A stretch of 64,000 nucleotides of DNA. It comes from Octopus sinensis. Lineage: Eukaryota. Below the pieces are notes generated by a model that was given only the letters and a program-made list of their open reading frames with translations, made no database searches and was not told the DNA's origin. The stretch covers positions 101,060,001 through 101,124,000 of the forward strand of contig NC_043003.1 in the NCBI RefSeq assembly GCF_006345805.1, written 5' to 3'. Below are positions 47,299 to 60,507 of this stretch, one piece after another; positions within the stretch are counted from its first letter, which is position 1, and each line of letters begins with the position of its first letter. Both the position numbers and the translations under genes were made by a program.

Positions 47299-50200
47299 TT
47301 GGCTTCTTCAAGTAGACATAGATGTGTGAATAATCCTGATGGGTATGTGGGTGGCTGCTTCACACACATTTGTCAAAAGCTTTATGTAACATTGTTTGTG
47401 AGACAGGCTTATAAAACATATTTTGGAATTCCCTTAGGCACCCAAGACAAAAAATGGGACCCCTCATGTTGCATGTCATAACTGTGAGGAAATGCTCCAC
47501 ATGGCTGGACAAAGTTCCTATGGTTTGGTGAGAGCAAGTGACTGTTATTTTTGTATGGTCAACACAAAAGACATCTGCAAAAAAAATAAGTATGTGGTGT
47601 TGGGGTTAGGTGTTATTCAGTAGATGCTTAAGAATTGCATCAATGCAGTATCAGCTAATAGTTTATTTCTAGATTTTTGCAGTGGTCTACAAAACGTTCC
47701 GCTAATCCATTCAATCTCGAATGGTATGGCAGAGTAGTAATATGCTCCATTGCATGCATCTTGCAAAAGTTTTTAAATTCCTTTGATGTGAACTGTGTTC
47801 CATTATCAGACATAATAGTGTCTGGGATGCCATATTGCACAAAAAGTTCATCCAGAAATTCCATCATTACTTTTTTGGAGGTTGGCTTCCCACATTTACA
47901 TATTTCTGGCCATTTTGTGTAACTATCCACAACTATTAGATAATATCCTCCATTTAACGGTCCAGCAAAGTCTATGTGTAATCTTGACCAAGGTACATCA
48001 GTGTTGGGCCAAGGCTGAATTTTTACAGGTGGTGGCCTTTGCTGCCAGGGCACAACCCATGCAGGCTTTCATCAATTTTTCAATATCCTGATCCATATTC
48101 AGCCAGTAAACATAGCTTCTCATCAATGCTTTCATTCTTGCGATTCCTGGGTGTCCCATATAGAATTCTTTTAACATACGGTTTTGCAAAGAAACAGGTA
48201 TTGCAGCCCTCTGAGCATACATAAATACGTCATCACATATCAAACGCCATTTTGAAACTGTGTTACGCTTGGTTACATGATTTTTTTGTATTTGTTTCAA
48301 ACTTCATTATTTTTTCAGTTTTATTATGAATGCATCCTTCTCTGCTTTAATTTTTATTTCTTCTAAAGTGACAGATAGTTCATGTACTACGTTGCTGAGT
48401 ATACTTTTTATTTCGATTTCGGCTTTTAATGCCACTATTACTGTATCCTCTAATGGTTCATTGTATTTAGGAATCAATCTTGACAGCCCATCTACATGTC
48501 CTAATTTTTTTGATGGTAGAAATTCCATCTTAAAATCATAATTTAGCAGCATTGTCCCCCAGCGCTGCAATTGGTTGGCTGTATATGCTGGGATACCCTT
48601 TTCGATCCGTAAATTGATAACAATGGGCGGTGATCTGTTTGCAGACTGAATTTCCTTCCATGTATGAATTTGTGAAATTTTTCCACGGCAAGAATAATGG
48701 TAAGAATTATTCTCAATTTGGCTGTAGTTTTTTTAGCTGCCAACAATGAATGTAAAGCCTGAGCGATAGGTTTTACATTACCATTTTCATACGTATGTGA
48801 AATTATCATTCTTATACCACTTTCACTAGCATCAAATGTTACTATTATTTTAAAATTTGGATCAAAGTGTGATAATGACAGTCCTAATGTTAAAACTTTT
48901 AAAATTTCTTTGAACGCTTTTTGACACCAGTCTGACCAATACCATTTTATATCAATTTTCAACATGTTGTTTAGAGGTGCTCTTAGCTCATGCATATTTG
49001 GTATGCATGTTTGATAATAGTTTGCAAGCCCTAAAAACGTTTGTAATGTTATATTTTTTGGAGTGGGCATATTTTTTATTACAGTTGATCTTGAAGGATC
49101 TGGCCTACGGTCATTTTTATTGATAACTTGCCCAAGATACTTTATTCTGGCATGAAAAATTCGCATTTTTCTTTGTTAAGTTTGAATCCATACTCCTTTA
49201 TCTTCTCAAAAACCATGTTAACATGTTCCTCATGCTGGCCTCTAGACACACTTTTTATGAGTATGTCATCCAAATATGCTATAGCGAAATCCGTATCCAC
49301 AAGCATCATATCCATCACCTATTGGAAAATTCTAGGTATCACCTTTATCCCAAAAGGAAGTCAATTGAGTTTATATAAACCTTTATGAATGTTTATTGTT
49401 AATAAAGTCCAGTTTTGAGAAAAATTTTCCTCAAATGAGTTTCGCAAAAATTTCATCTGGGTTTGGTAGTGGATGATTGTATGTCCTCAAACCTGTTGAA
49501 AAGTCCACACAGACTCGTATTTTGTTACATAAACAATTGGTGCTGCCCCTTCTGAATAATCAACTTTTTCTATAACTCCCAGCTTTTCTAGCCCTATTTA
49601 ACTCCTCGCTGACTTGATTCAACAATGTGAATTCTTGTGTTGAATTTTCCCCCATCCAAAACATTTTAGATTCTTAAAGGGCAGTCCCTTTTGAAATGTA
49701 TTTCTTTACATCCATAACATGGTTTGGGGCTCAACTGTTTTCCTTTTTTTTTTTGGTATCTGTTATTGATCAACACATATGTATATTTGAATAATTTTTT
49801 TCAATTTTTTCTGCATCCTGTCATAGATTTATAATTCTTTGGTATTCTTCAGCCACTATTTGTAGAATTAGTTTTGAATCTTGTTCAAGCTTTTATTCGA
49901 GCCCTTGTCTCTGTATCTTTATTCGCTGTTAATCCTCGTACGAAGTTTAAACATTTAAACATATTTAAACAAGTTTAAATTTTTCACATTCTCTATTTAT
50001 GATTCCGACATACATGATGAAATCTTCTGTTTCTTCTTTTCAAATTCAAACACTCCCAGTGAATATTAAACAGTGAACTTCTTTCACTGAATATTTTAGA
50101 TAATAGCTTGTTTCTTTGAAACAAATTTGGGTAGTTTTCTCGGCAAGATGTAATTACAAAACTTTTCATGTTCTGCTGGTGGTAATTTCCTTAAAAGAAG

Positions 50201-51270
50201 ACATATCTTCTTTTCGTCCGTCCAGCTTTTACACTCTTCTTTGAAGATTCCTTCATACCTTCTGAAGTATGTAGAAAATGTAATCTTTTCTTCTGGATTA
50301 GGCATGAATTCTTCAATTGAATTAGCAACCACATCTGCTAGAAAAGAACCTGAAATGTTTTTTTGACTGCAACAATAATTCCAATAACTGTTGATGTTGT
50401 TGTTGCTGTTGTTCTTGTCCACCATGAGCTTCAAATGTCTCATTACCACTGTTGTGTCTCGTTGACACTATTAATGTCCTTCTTTGAACTCACTGTATCT
50501 GCCAATTTATAATGTTGACTTATAACAAGGTTATAACAATACAAATATAAATCAGAAACAACACGTGACAAACAATATCACTTCTCAACGACTCCTATGA
50601 CAGTCTTCACAAAGAACCTGCACACACCACACTGTCCCTCACTGACAGTGTGCATACACCTTTATACAGTTTAGGACAGTTGACTTGCACAGGGGTGTCA
50701 GGATTTCGCCACAACAATTCTTCTACACAATAGCAATATTTATGGAGCTGTCCATGTTGGTCACTCTGCATTTGCAAGAAGAATGGTTGTTGACTAAAAT
50801 ATCATGAGCACAACTGGACCATTTGTATAGATTTGAAAATGGTCAGTTTCCTCCTCAGCTAACAGAAAGGTTTCACAAAGTATCCTTGCTATCTCTGCAT
50901 GTAGGACAACTGAGCTCAAGAGAAACACTGAATTCAGAAGAGGCCTATTCATGAGACTCTGGATGAAAGCATGCCAAATATTGTGAATGATCCAATTGTC
51001 AGCTGAGAAAAGATTATTTTCCAACCACTTCATATAAAGCTGGGCTTGATAAAGCAATTCACTGAATGTTGATGGGGAAAGTTTTCAACATATAGTCTCT
51101 GCATTTCCTGTTTTGTCATTTGAGAAGATCAAAGCAAGTGTTTGACAGACCTCAAATCTGTGCCCTTGTATGTGATGAGGAATTTGTTGGAAAGATGAAT
51201 GATAAGGAAAGAGCAGCATGGTTGTCATTCATAGCAGTCATAAACAATTTTCTTGGAAACAATTGCAATT
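47299..51270 (+). mobile_element. Chapaev3-like DNA transposase remnant split by a Gypsy element (pieces 47299-47600 and 50717-51270)
   Basis: N-terminal C.NNPD...AYKTYFG..LGTQDK.W...C..C...VPMVW...DCYFC; C-terminal WTICIDLKM, TKYPCYLC, PLHIKLGLIKQF and FDRPQI. The superfamily name is from recall. Confidence 0.65.
47650..50716 (-). mobile_element. Ty3/Gypsy (Mag/K02A2.6-like) LTR retrotransposon with 5' LTR 50513-50716; 3' LTR missing
   Basis: LTR TGTTG...CAACA, then TGGCAG PBS-like sequence, gag (ITFSTYFRRYE), RT/RNase H (YLGQVI, FLGLANYY, DAS, QTDHRPL), HHCC and integrase (WSRLHIDFAGP, SDNGTQF). Confidence 0.88.
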
Positions 51271-51532
51271 TTGATTTATTAATCTGTAATTTGAATGAGT
51301 TGGATATGGAAACAATTGTAGGTAACAGAGAATTGACAATATGTTAAATTGATGTTTATCTGTTAAAACTCTCCATTTTTTTCTTATTATATACTATATT
51401 GAAATATACCCACATATACAGAAGTGAAACAAGCATATTTCATTGATCTATAGGATAAACCAGGGAAACTTGGATGTTAGCATCCCTTTTAAGAGATATC
51501 TGTATCCTCAGGATAACACACACACATATACA

Positions 51533-52400
51533 TAGGGTGTCCTGAAATAAGGGCAACTGAAGTTTAGGACTTTAATCATTATAAAAGCTTACTGTGTCTT
51601 CTTTTTGTTTCAGACTAAATAAATTCAGATTTATAAATTAGATAATGGCTATAGACTGAAGTGCAATCATAGCCCTCCTCAAAGGAGGTGAAAGTAATAC
51701 AGCTATAGCAAAAAGCTTAAAATTAACCGAACAACAATCTCGGAAATGGTCAAGAAGTTTCAAGAGACTGGTTCCACCACTGATCGCTCTGGACGTGACT
51801 GAAAAAGAAGTGTGCAGATCACTCAGCTTATTAAAAATATCAAAGAAAAGGTACAGCAAAATCCTCATTGTTCTGTCAGAAAACTAGCTGCCACAACAAA
51901 AATAAGCTGAGCATCGATGTTTCTAGTGTAGAAGGTAGATCTCAGGACCCACCCCTAGAAAATGATCTGTTGCCATGAGCTCATGCAAGTTTCTAAGATC
52001 ATGAGAATGGAGAGAAGTTTTCTTATCCTGTGTCAGATTGCTGAAGTCATGCTGCCCAACCTGGTGTTCACTGATGAAAAGAAATTTGACATTGAACACA
52101 CACTAAACAACCAGAATGTCTGACTTTGAAGTGTATCTGGCTCCGTTGAGGGTAGACTCCTACATTAACGTCAAAATTTACAATCAGTTATGGTTAGATG
52201 GCTGTGACAGCCATTGGAAGGTCTCTCCTCATTTTTGTGCCCTCAGGTATTAAAATCAACACCCAGCGATAATAGAGAAATAGTACTGTGTCTGACATTC
52301 TCTCTACTTTTGGACAACATGCAACTTTAACCAACAGACTTGCTACAAATGCCTGGCTTCGCAATTTCAGATGACTTTTCATGACAACCTTACATCACAA
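51533..52400 (+). mobile_element. Second maT (DD37D-type) transposon, decayed, 3' part lost
   Basis: TAGGGTGTCC terminus; SAIIALLKGGESNTAIAK, FQETGSTTDRSGR, SVRKLA and LVFTDEKKF. Confidence 0.75.
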
Positions 52401-53056
52401 AACTAAGATTCCTCTTTCAGGTCAATAACTACTCTGATACGTTTTTGACCTGAATGAATGAATTAAATAATTAATATTGCTGCCTTCATGACTGAGGATT
52501 TGAGGGCTTCAGGCACAACACATTCATTTTACTATATACTCTCTATGGAATGAATGAATTCTTTTCTGGAACCAGTTACAGTTGGAATTGATTCCTTTAG
52601 CCTTCTCCTTTTCACAGATACTTGAAGTTTTATTCTTACAGTTATCCTTCTCCTAGTCAGGTTTCCTTCCAAGACTGCCAAACACAGATTGTCCTCCCAG
52701 TGTAGCTGGAGACACAGTAGTGTCCTAGGAACATGATTTAACAAAAAGTAAATGGTGCCTCACTCCCAGTGGTCTTACAACACACCAGACTTTAACCTGG
52801 AATTTCTTAACCTTCATGCAATTGCTAGATAATTGTCAACCCTATGTTGACTGGTCCTGTCAACAGGTATTCTTTTTGTCCTGGTTTTTTAGCAACCATA
52901 TTCACCAAGCAAGCCTGGTGGGGCAGGCCAGTTTTGTTAACAATGATCCATTCAAACAATAGGTTATACCAAACTTGTGAGCAACCTGCCATGTTGACCC
53001 ACCCATAAACATCTCAGACCAAAGAAAGGCTTTACACTTGATGACAAAAATTGCTG

Positions 53057-53110
<54 letters not shown>

Positions 53111-54020
53111 AATTGGACTTCTAAACCCTCTGAACTAGCTAACTGTATGCGTGCTTTGGTCAACTTGTCTTCCACATCTCCCTTCTCATCCTTCTTATAG
53201 CATCACACCTGCCAGATTACATTCTAAACATTTCTGCTCATCCTCCCTTCCTCTTCCAGATCTTACCCCACTGCACATTTTTCTCTTGACACTGATCTAT
53301 GTATGCTCAAGCTAAACCACACTGATCTCACTGATCAAAAACAAAGGAATACCTTTGTGATCATTCAAACAGCTAGAAAGAACAACCAAATCACATTAAC
53401 AATCACACCCTATCTTTAAAAGAAAAGGAAGGATTCATTAAATAATGTAGTCCTAGATACTCTTTAAAAAAAAAGGTATTAGAATACTTTTGATTGTAGG
53501 TCTTAAACTGTAGGCTTGATCCATCACTTTGGGTACCTTAAGACCAAGTGTCCAATATGAGGCTCACTTCATCTCTTCCTCTCACCAGGCTGTGAGGCTT
53601 ATTAAAGAAAAGGGTCTACTCAATTATGATTGATTTGAGACTAAACAGCCACAATCTTCTCTGTTAGTGGTAATGGAGATAGGGAGGAGGAGCTGCAAAA
53701 GTCAAGAACATTTCCTTTCTTGTTTTTATTAACTTCAAAAAATTCCAGGGCTGTTGCTTATCAGCAGTTTGCCTTGTGTGATGTAAATGGAAGGTAAATT
53801 TTTACCTTTGGATAATATTGCAATACATTTTTTCACATGGAAACAACTGATCTCAGTAATACAGGCCAATGAGTCACATGGGACCCTTTCGTTTAAAAGG
53901 GTAGTATTTAATTAGAGGTTGGCTATGTGGAGCTGAGGTAGGTCTAAATAAAAACCACAATATAAACACAATAAAGCAAATGTAATCTCAGCAGCAAACA
54001 CAGAAATGTTTTACCCCTCT

Positions 54021-54446
54021 TTTTTTTTTAATCCCTTGAATATGTCTCTATGCTCTACTGGATGTGCAGTGTCAGTGTGCATATACAACAGAGTGTGTCT
54101 TGAGAGAAAAACTGGGTATAAGAGGCATCAGATGTAGTGTGCAAGACAGAAAACTGCACTGGTATGGCCATGTGATGTGTATGGACGAGGACAGCTGCAT
54201 AAAGAAGTGCTGATATCACAGCAGCAATGGCAGAAAATTTTGGCAATTTGCTGTGCTTAAGTAGACATGTCAAGTTAAATGAAGCTGTAGCTGTGACTCA
54301 TAAAAGGCACCCAGGCTGGTGACACATCTGATACCTCTTATACCCAGTTTTTCTCTCAAGACACACTCTGTTGTATATGCACACTGACACTGCACATCCA
54401 GTAGAGCATAGAGACATATTCAAATACTTCAAGGGATAAAAAAAAA
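54021..54446. repeat. Fold-back of an RTE 3' fragment: 100-bp arms (54036-54135 and 54324-54423), 99/100 identical
   Basis: Direct comparison. The left arm and spacer encode LREKLGIRGIRCSVQDRKLHWYGHV (RTE C-terminus). Confidence 0.92.
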
Positions 54447-54769
54447 GCGCCCGTACCAGTGACGTGTAAAAGGTATCTTGTAGTGGTTGGCATTAGGAAA
54501 GGCATTCAGTGTAGAAACCAAACCAAATCAAACTGGAGCCTGGTGCAACTCTCCAGTTTTGTCTAACCCAATGCCAACAAGAAAAATGAATCCTAGATGA
54601 TGATGATGATGATGATGACGACGACCATGACGATGACGACGACGATGATGATGATTATAATGATGTTCTCAAATCAAATCCAACCCAGATCAAATTTTGC
54701 CTTTAACCATCTACATACAAGAATGCTATGTTTAGTCTAGTAAAAGAATCAAAGAAGAATGTATCTTAC

Positions 54770-54926
54770 CTCTGACAACCATTTTGATACCCACTTCAGG
54801 TTGATGAGATTCTGCTGGAGATTTTGTGGAAAATGGAGCTAGACAAGCTGATTTCAAAGATGGTGAAGGAAAGGAATGTAGAGGGGGCAACTTACTATTT
54901 TTAAATTGGTGGTTCTGAAATGACAT
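54770..54926 (-). CDS. Probable first coding exon of the PDE10A-like gene
   Basis: AATAATG start at 54926, open frame MSFQNHQFKNSKLPPLHSFPSPSLKSACLAPFSTKSPAESHQPEVGIKMVVR, strong donor AG|GTAAGA at 54769. Phase 1 matches the 902 acceptor; the sequence is non-repetitive. The linkage is inferred. Confidence 0.5.
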
Positions 54927-55715
54927 TATTATTGTTTGAAACTTGTTTCGTGCTTTTTATATTTCGTTTCCTTTGTTTTTACTGTTTTATTCATTGATCA
55001 TATCGTGTCTTTTATTTGCTGTGTTTGTTAAAAGGTTTTCATATACACATATAATTATAAGGGTGTGCACATGCATGCGTGCGTGTGTGTGTGTGATATG
55101 ATATATATGATATACTGTATGATATACCTCAATATCATATATCAGGTATCATATATGAAAAACAAACTTTGAGATATGCGTGTGTGAGTGTGTGTACATA
55201 TATATATGTGTGTGTATATATGTGTGTATCTATTATGTCTTCATTTTTTTCTTGAAAGGGGGAGGGATGGGAGTTTTTTTGCTTTTGGTTTGTTTGTTTT
55301 ATCAGAAAGGAATTTCATTCTAAATTCTTATTTCTTCTTTTTAACATTCAATTATTTTTGTTGATTGTAATATTTGGTATTTCTTTTAATTTCTTTTATC
55401 TTTTCTCAGTAATTTCTGCCAAGTGTAAACAACAACTGAGCTTTGATTTATTAATATATACGATGATTGAAAATTGTATTTGTGTCCATGAAACTGCATG
55501 TGTCTCTTGTTTATAACTTTTTTATCTGGCTGCACATTGCTTGTCTGTCTCTAGTTTTATATATCTATATACACATATACCAATGTGTGTGTGTGTGTGT
55601 ATGTGTGTATACATGGAAGAAAGAGAAGGGAGAGAGAAGAGAGAGAGAAGAAAAAGGTTGACTGAGAGCACGTGTGTATGTTTGTATACATATGTATGTG
55701 TCTATTTGTATGTGT

Positions 55716-55746
<31 letters not shown>

Positions 55747-57756
55747 TGACAGAGAGAGAGAATGAGAGACAGACAGGCAGACAGTGACAAAGAGAGAGAG
55801 AGAGAGAGAAATGAGATTGATGTTCAGTGTGTTTAGTTGTCCACGACTGTAAATGTTATTTTTTCCATGTTAATGAAGAGAAAAGCAATCCATCAGCAGG
55901 GATGAAGTTGTGTCAGCAGCAAAGGTTGGTTCGTAAATGACAACTTGGTTTAATATAATGTAATACACATGACAAGACTAAGAGTGAAATGGTTAGAGAG
56001 GAAGTGAGAGAGAAGGAGAAGGGCACTGTTAATCACATATTGGATGAGTGAGTAATTGGCTGTTTAGAAACTTAGGAGAAAGAAAGAAACAAACAAAAAA
56101 ATGAAGAGAAAAGGAGAAAGTGGTTGTGTGTGTACAAGTGCATGTAGGTGTCTGTGTGTTCATGTTATGTATTTGTAAATTCAATGGATTGTTCTTGTCC
56201 CCTTAATTCTGTCTGAGGTGTATGTTAAGGTTGTCTGGATTACTCACATACACTCACACACACACACACAACATATTTGTGTGTGCGTGCATATGTTTTG
56301 AGTGTTGTGTTAACAAATATTTATTTCGAGAATTAGATGGATTGGTTATATTCCACTGACTGCCAGTTTCATTTTGGGATTCTTCAAACAGTGAAATGTT
56401 CTTTTAATGGGTTTATCTTGTTAATGATAAGGATAGCCATTATCTTGTTAATGATAAGGATAGCCATTTAGTTATTTCTTACCAATAATCATTATGCATG
56501 CCAGAAAACTGCTTTTATATTTTAATAACAGTTTATAAGTTTACAAAATTTTATATAACCCTTTCAATCTCAACATTAATGCAAATCATGCTTTTCCTGT
56601 ATAACCAAATAAACTCGGATATCAACCCATTGATGATATCCAAATCTCAGATCAAGTCACCAATTCTGTAGAGACACAATAAACATAAAAAGCAACAGAA
56701 AAATATAACAGCAACAGCATTAGTATCCCCACTCCATTAATGTTCTATTTCACATGGATTTTAACATAAATAGCATGGATTAAAGCTTTAATAACACATC
56801 AGGAGAGGTGTCGTTGTTGTTGTTTAGTTGCAAGTAAGCTGTAATCAAGCAGATATTCAAGCTATTGACCATCTCATCCTTTTCCTGCTATATCAGAGAC
56901 TACACTGTTCAATGTGTCCTTCCTTTCTTTCTTTAAAATTTGATAGTTGTCAAAGGATTATGTAAAAGCCCCTCTGAGACACTATATAACTGTAGTTATA
57001 TAGCCCCAGATCAGTCCTGATCAAGCAGACTCATAATAAAAAGTGTACCAGCTTTAACACATCCAGGATGGTGTGATTTGAAAGTGTTTAGCTATTTCTA
57101 GCATTGCATCTCCACACACTATTTTGTTATCATGAAATGCTGCTTCTTTAAGTTTCCAATATACAAACCCGATGCAGCAGAGGGGCAGTGTTGCAACAAA
57201 AACATGAGGAGATGGCACCTGGTTTAGGGTTAGTTTCTCTAATTCTTTCTTTTGTTTGTTACCTGCAGTATTGTTTATCAGTTAGTCATGCATTACCTTA
57301 ATATTGGCTAATGTTTCCAGGGCCCACATAAAAGGGAACAATATCAAAAATCTTCTGGGATCCAGTTCATTCGATGCTCAGATCATTCTTTCTCTTTTTA
57401 GAATCTCAGGTTAAGGTCTTCTTTTTCTTCTGCTTATTATAATTATTATTATCATTATCATTATTACAGAATTGTCACTCATCACCACTTCTACATTTAA
57501 CGCAGAAAACACATTTGTTTGTTTAAAAAACATTATGAAATTATAATTCTTAAATCTAACAGAAAGAAGTGAGTAGGTATGTTGCTGTAATGTTTAGCAC
57601 ACTTATTGCAAATATAAGAAGTATGGTTTCGAGTCCCATGCATATGGAAAACCCACTTTTTCTCTTGAGGAATTATATGTCCCAATATTAGATTGTTTTC
57701 TTTAGTCAATACACGGTGATCACTTATAAGCTATAAGTATAATTATTATTTACAGA

Positions 57757-57788
<32 letters not shown>

Positions 57789-57789
<1 letters not shown>

Positions 57790-59492
57790 TTACTTCTCTG
57801 ACCTCTTGGTCTTACTTGTTCTGCTTGATTTTGTGAGAGTGGACAGCAACCCGTTGTCAGAGATCTCACAGGGTCTCTTTCCACAAATTATAAACTTTGG
57901 TACCTGAATGTTAACTTATTGAGGAAGACACTCAACACCCAAGCACCAATCTCAAAATCGTAGCTGTCCTCAGTAGAGCAGATTTTTCAGCCTGCTCTGC
58001 CCTCATGCCAATTCCAATTTTTCCGACATGTTTCTTGAACCTGGTTGTTAGTGTTTTGAGTGCCCCTACAACTAGTGAGATAACAGTTACTCTCCTCATT
58101 GCCAACATTCTTGCAATTTTGTCTTTTAGCAGTCTGTATTTTTCCACCTTTTCCAACTCTTTGTCATCTACACATGCATCCCCAACTATTGCAATATCTA
58201 TGTCTTGATTTCCTTTTCCTTTTATCTACCACAACAATGCATTGATTAGGGAATCACATTGGATTGTAAAATCCCACAGGATCTTATATCCATTGTTCTC
58301 AGTGACATCCTCTGGTTCATGTTAGTACCATTTCCATACTGTGCCCAGACTACTTTTCACACAGGCTCCAGTGAATAAACTTAGCCATGCCTTCTTTTTT
58401 GGTTGCTTTCTCATTTTCTGTGACCTTTTCTGGTGTGTGCCTATAACATCTTTTTTCTGTTATTATTCCATAGTGTTGGCATAGCTTCCAGTGTATATAT
58501 GTCCCAACTCTGTTGTGTCTGTAAATATATTCCTTCTTAGCTAAGACTGGGCAGCCAGAGACAATATGATTTACTGTTTCTTCTCCATCTCCACATATTC
58601 TGCAGTTACTTGTATTTCTTTTCATTACATGTTTTTGATCATTTCTGGTGGGGAGGTCTTAGTCTTGTGCACCAATTAAAAATCTTTCAGTTTCTGCTTT
58701 GAGTCCTGAGCTTCTCAGCCATTGTTGAGATTTTGCTTTGTCTATTTCCTTTCTGTTTAGTTTAACCCAGTATTTGCCATTGAAGAGGCTTTTCTTGCCA
58801 TTGTTTTATATTGATCTGTTGCTGTTCCAGTTTTAGTTTGGATTTCAGTTGTTTTACAGCTTTCGTTGTTTCTTCTTTCTCTTCATAGTTGTTAGGTACT
58901 ATGACTTCTTGTTAAGTATCTGTCAGCTTCCTTAAAGACTGAAAACTGATTTTTGTTTTATTCATGTTTTGTGGCTGTTTGTATTAGTTTTCCTTGCTTT
59001 TGAAGTCGGGATTTCTGTAGTTCAATGTTGGTTGTTTTGTAATAGTTTTCCAGTTGTTCTGCTACCATCTTCAATCCATTGTGTATATAACCTTCCTATT
59101 TCAGATTTTGGGTGGTGCATCCTAGATCCTGTCATTCTTTCTTGTTTTCCAGTCTATTTTGGTTAGTTAATTTAGTCTCCAGTTAAGAATATTGTAGCTA
59201 TAACTTATAACTGGGATGGCTAGAATGTTGATACTTATTATCTTGTTTTTTGCGTTGAGCTCTGTTTTCAGTATTAATCTTACCCATCTGTAGTATTCTT
59301 TTCTTATCTTCACTTCTATTTTGTGTGTTGTATCATATTTAGTTCATTGATTCCTAAGTATTTGTATATCTGGCTTTGGCCTAATTCTCTTATTTCATTT
59401 GCTTTATCTAGTGTGATGTTGCTACTCTTAACTAGTTTTCCTCTTTTCAAGGTTGCATTGGTACATTTTTCTAAGCTAAATTTCATGTTTAT
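57789..59492 (-). mobile_element. R4/Dong composite: two subfamily segments fused near 58400
   Basis: 58400-59492 has YKYLG, CRICGDGEETVNHIVSGC and YIHWKLCQHYG (like 35988-36550). 57789-58400 has a second IHW, LWDFTIQ and EKVEKY. The 3' end adjoins (TAA)n. Confidence 0.85.
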
Positions 59493-59515
59493 TTCTTCTT
59501 CTTCTTCTTCTTCTT

Positions 59516-59546
<31 letters not shown>

Positions 59547-59555
59547 TTTTTATTC

Positions 59556-59640
<85 letters not shown>

Positions 59641-59959
59641 CAGCAGCAGCAATAGTAATAGTAGTACTATTAGTATTAACATTCATTCCAGCCGTACTTC
59701 AACCATTCTCGGAAGTAAGGATATGCATATCCTACTTTATGCAGGTTATAGTGCTAGGGTTACAGGTGTGGTATATGCTATCATGGTCGATGTTAATATT
59801 GTTGCTGCATTGACCTATGTTATGATTGTATATATTTTGAATGCTCTGCCTATAGACGTTATTTAGGTAGTATGAATTTAGCTTACACTTATTAGATGGG
59901 GCAACAATAGAATCTATATTGGGCGGAGAGGAGTAGGATAATTTCAAAGTAGATTATGG

Positions 59960-60507
59960 CTTTACTTTTGAGTGAAGAAAAGTGTGAATTTTTCTTACCG
60001 AAAATAAGATATTTAGGACAAATCATTGACAGAATGGACATCAACCAGACCTGTTAAAGGCGGGCGCAATTAAAAATATGCCCTCTCTGACTAATATAGT
60101 GACCTGACAAGCATATTTAGGATTCAAAATTCTATTCCAAATATGCATAAGGTGAGGGTTCCACTGAATAATCTGCTGCAAAAAAGATATGAACTGGAAT
60201 TGGTCGGAAAACTGTCAAAATACCTGATTTGTCGTTATCACACTTCAATACTGCAGTGGAGATTGTTGTAGCTTCAGACGCTTCTGAATACGATATAGGA
60301 GCAGAAATTCTACATATATATTAAGATGGTAACATGAAGGTGGTGGTTCATGCCTCATGTTCTCTGATATCAGCAGAGAAAAATTATAGTGAAATTGAAA
60401 AAGAGGCTCTAGCAATCATTTTTGCTGTAAAAAAATTTCACAGATTTTTGCACAGTAGAAGTTTTCGTTTACAGATTGATCACCATCCATTATTATCAAT
60501 ACTTGGG
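59960..60507 (+). mobile_element. Gypsy (Mag-like) RT/RNase H fragment
   Basis: IRYLGQII, VASDASEY, NYSEIEKEALAIIFAVKKFH and IDHHPL. Same lineage as 47650-50716. Confidence 0.85.

Noticed and set aside
56413-56466. 27-bp perfect tandem duplication
   Set aside because: Ordinary slippage duplication with no further signal.
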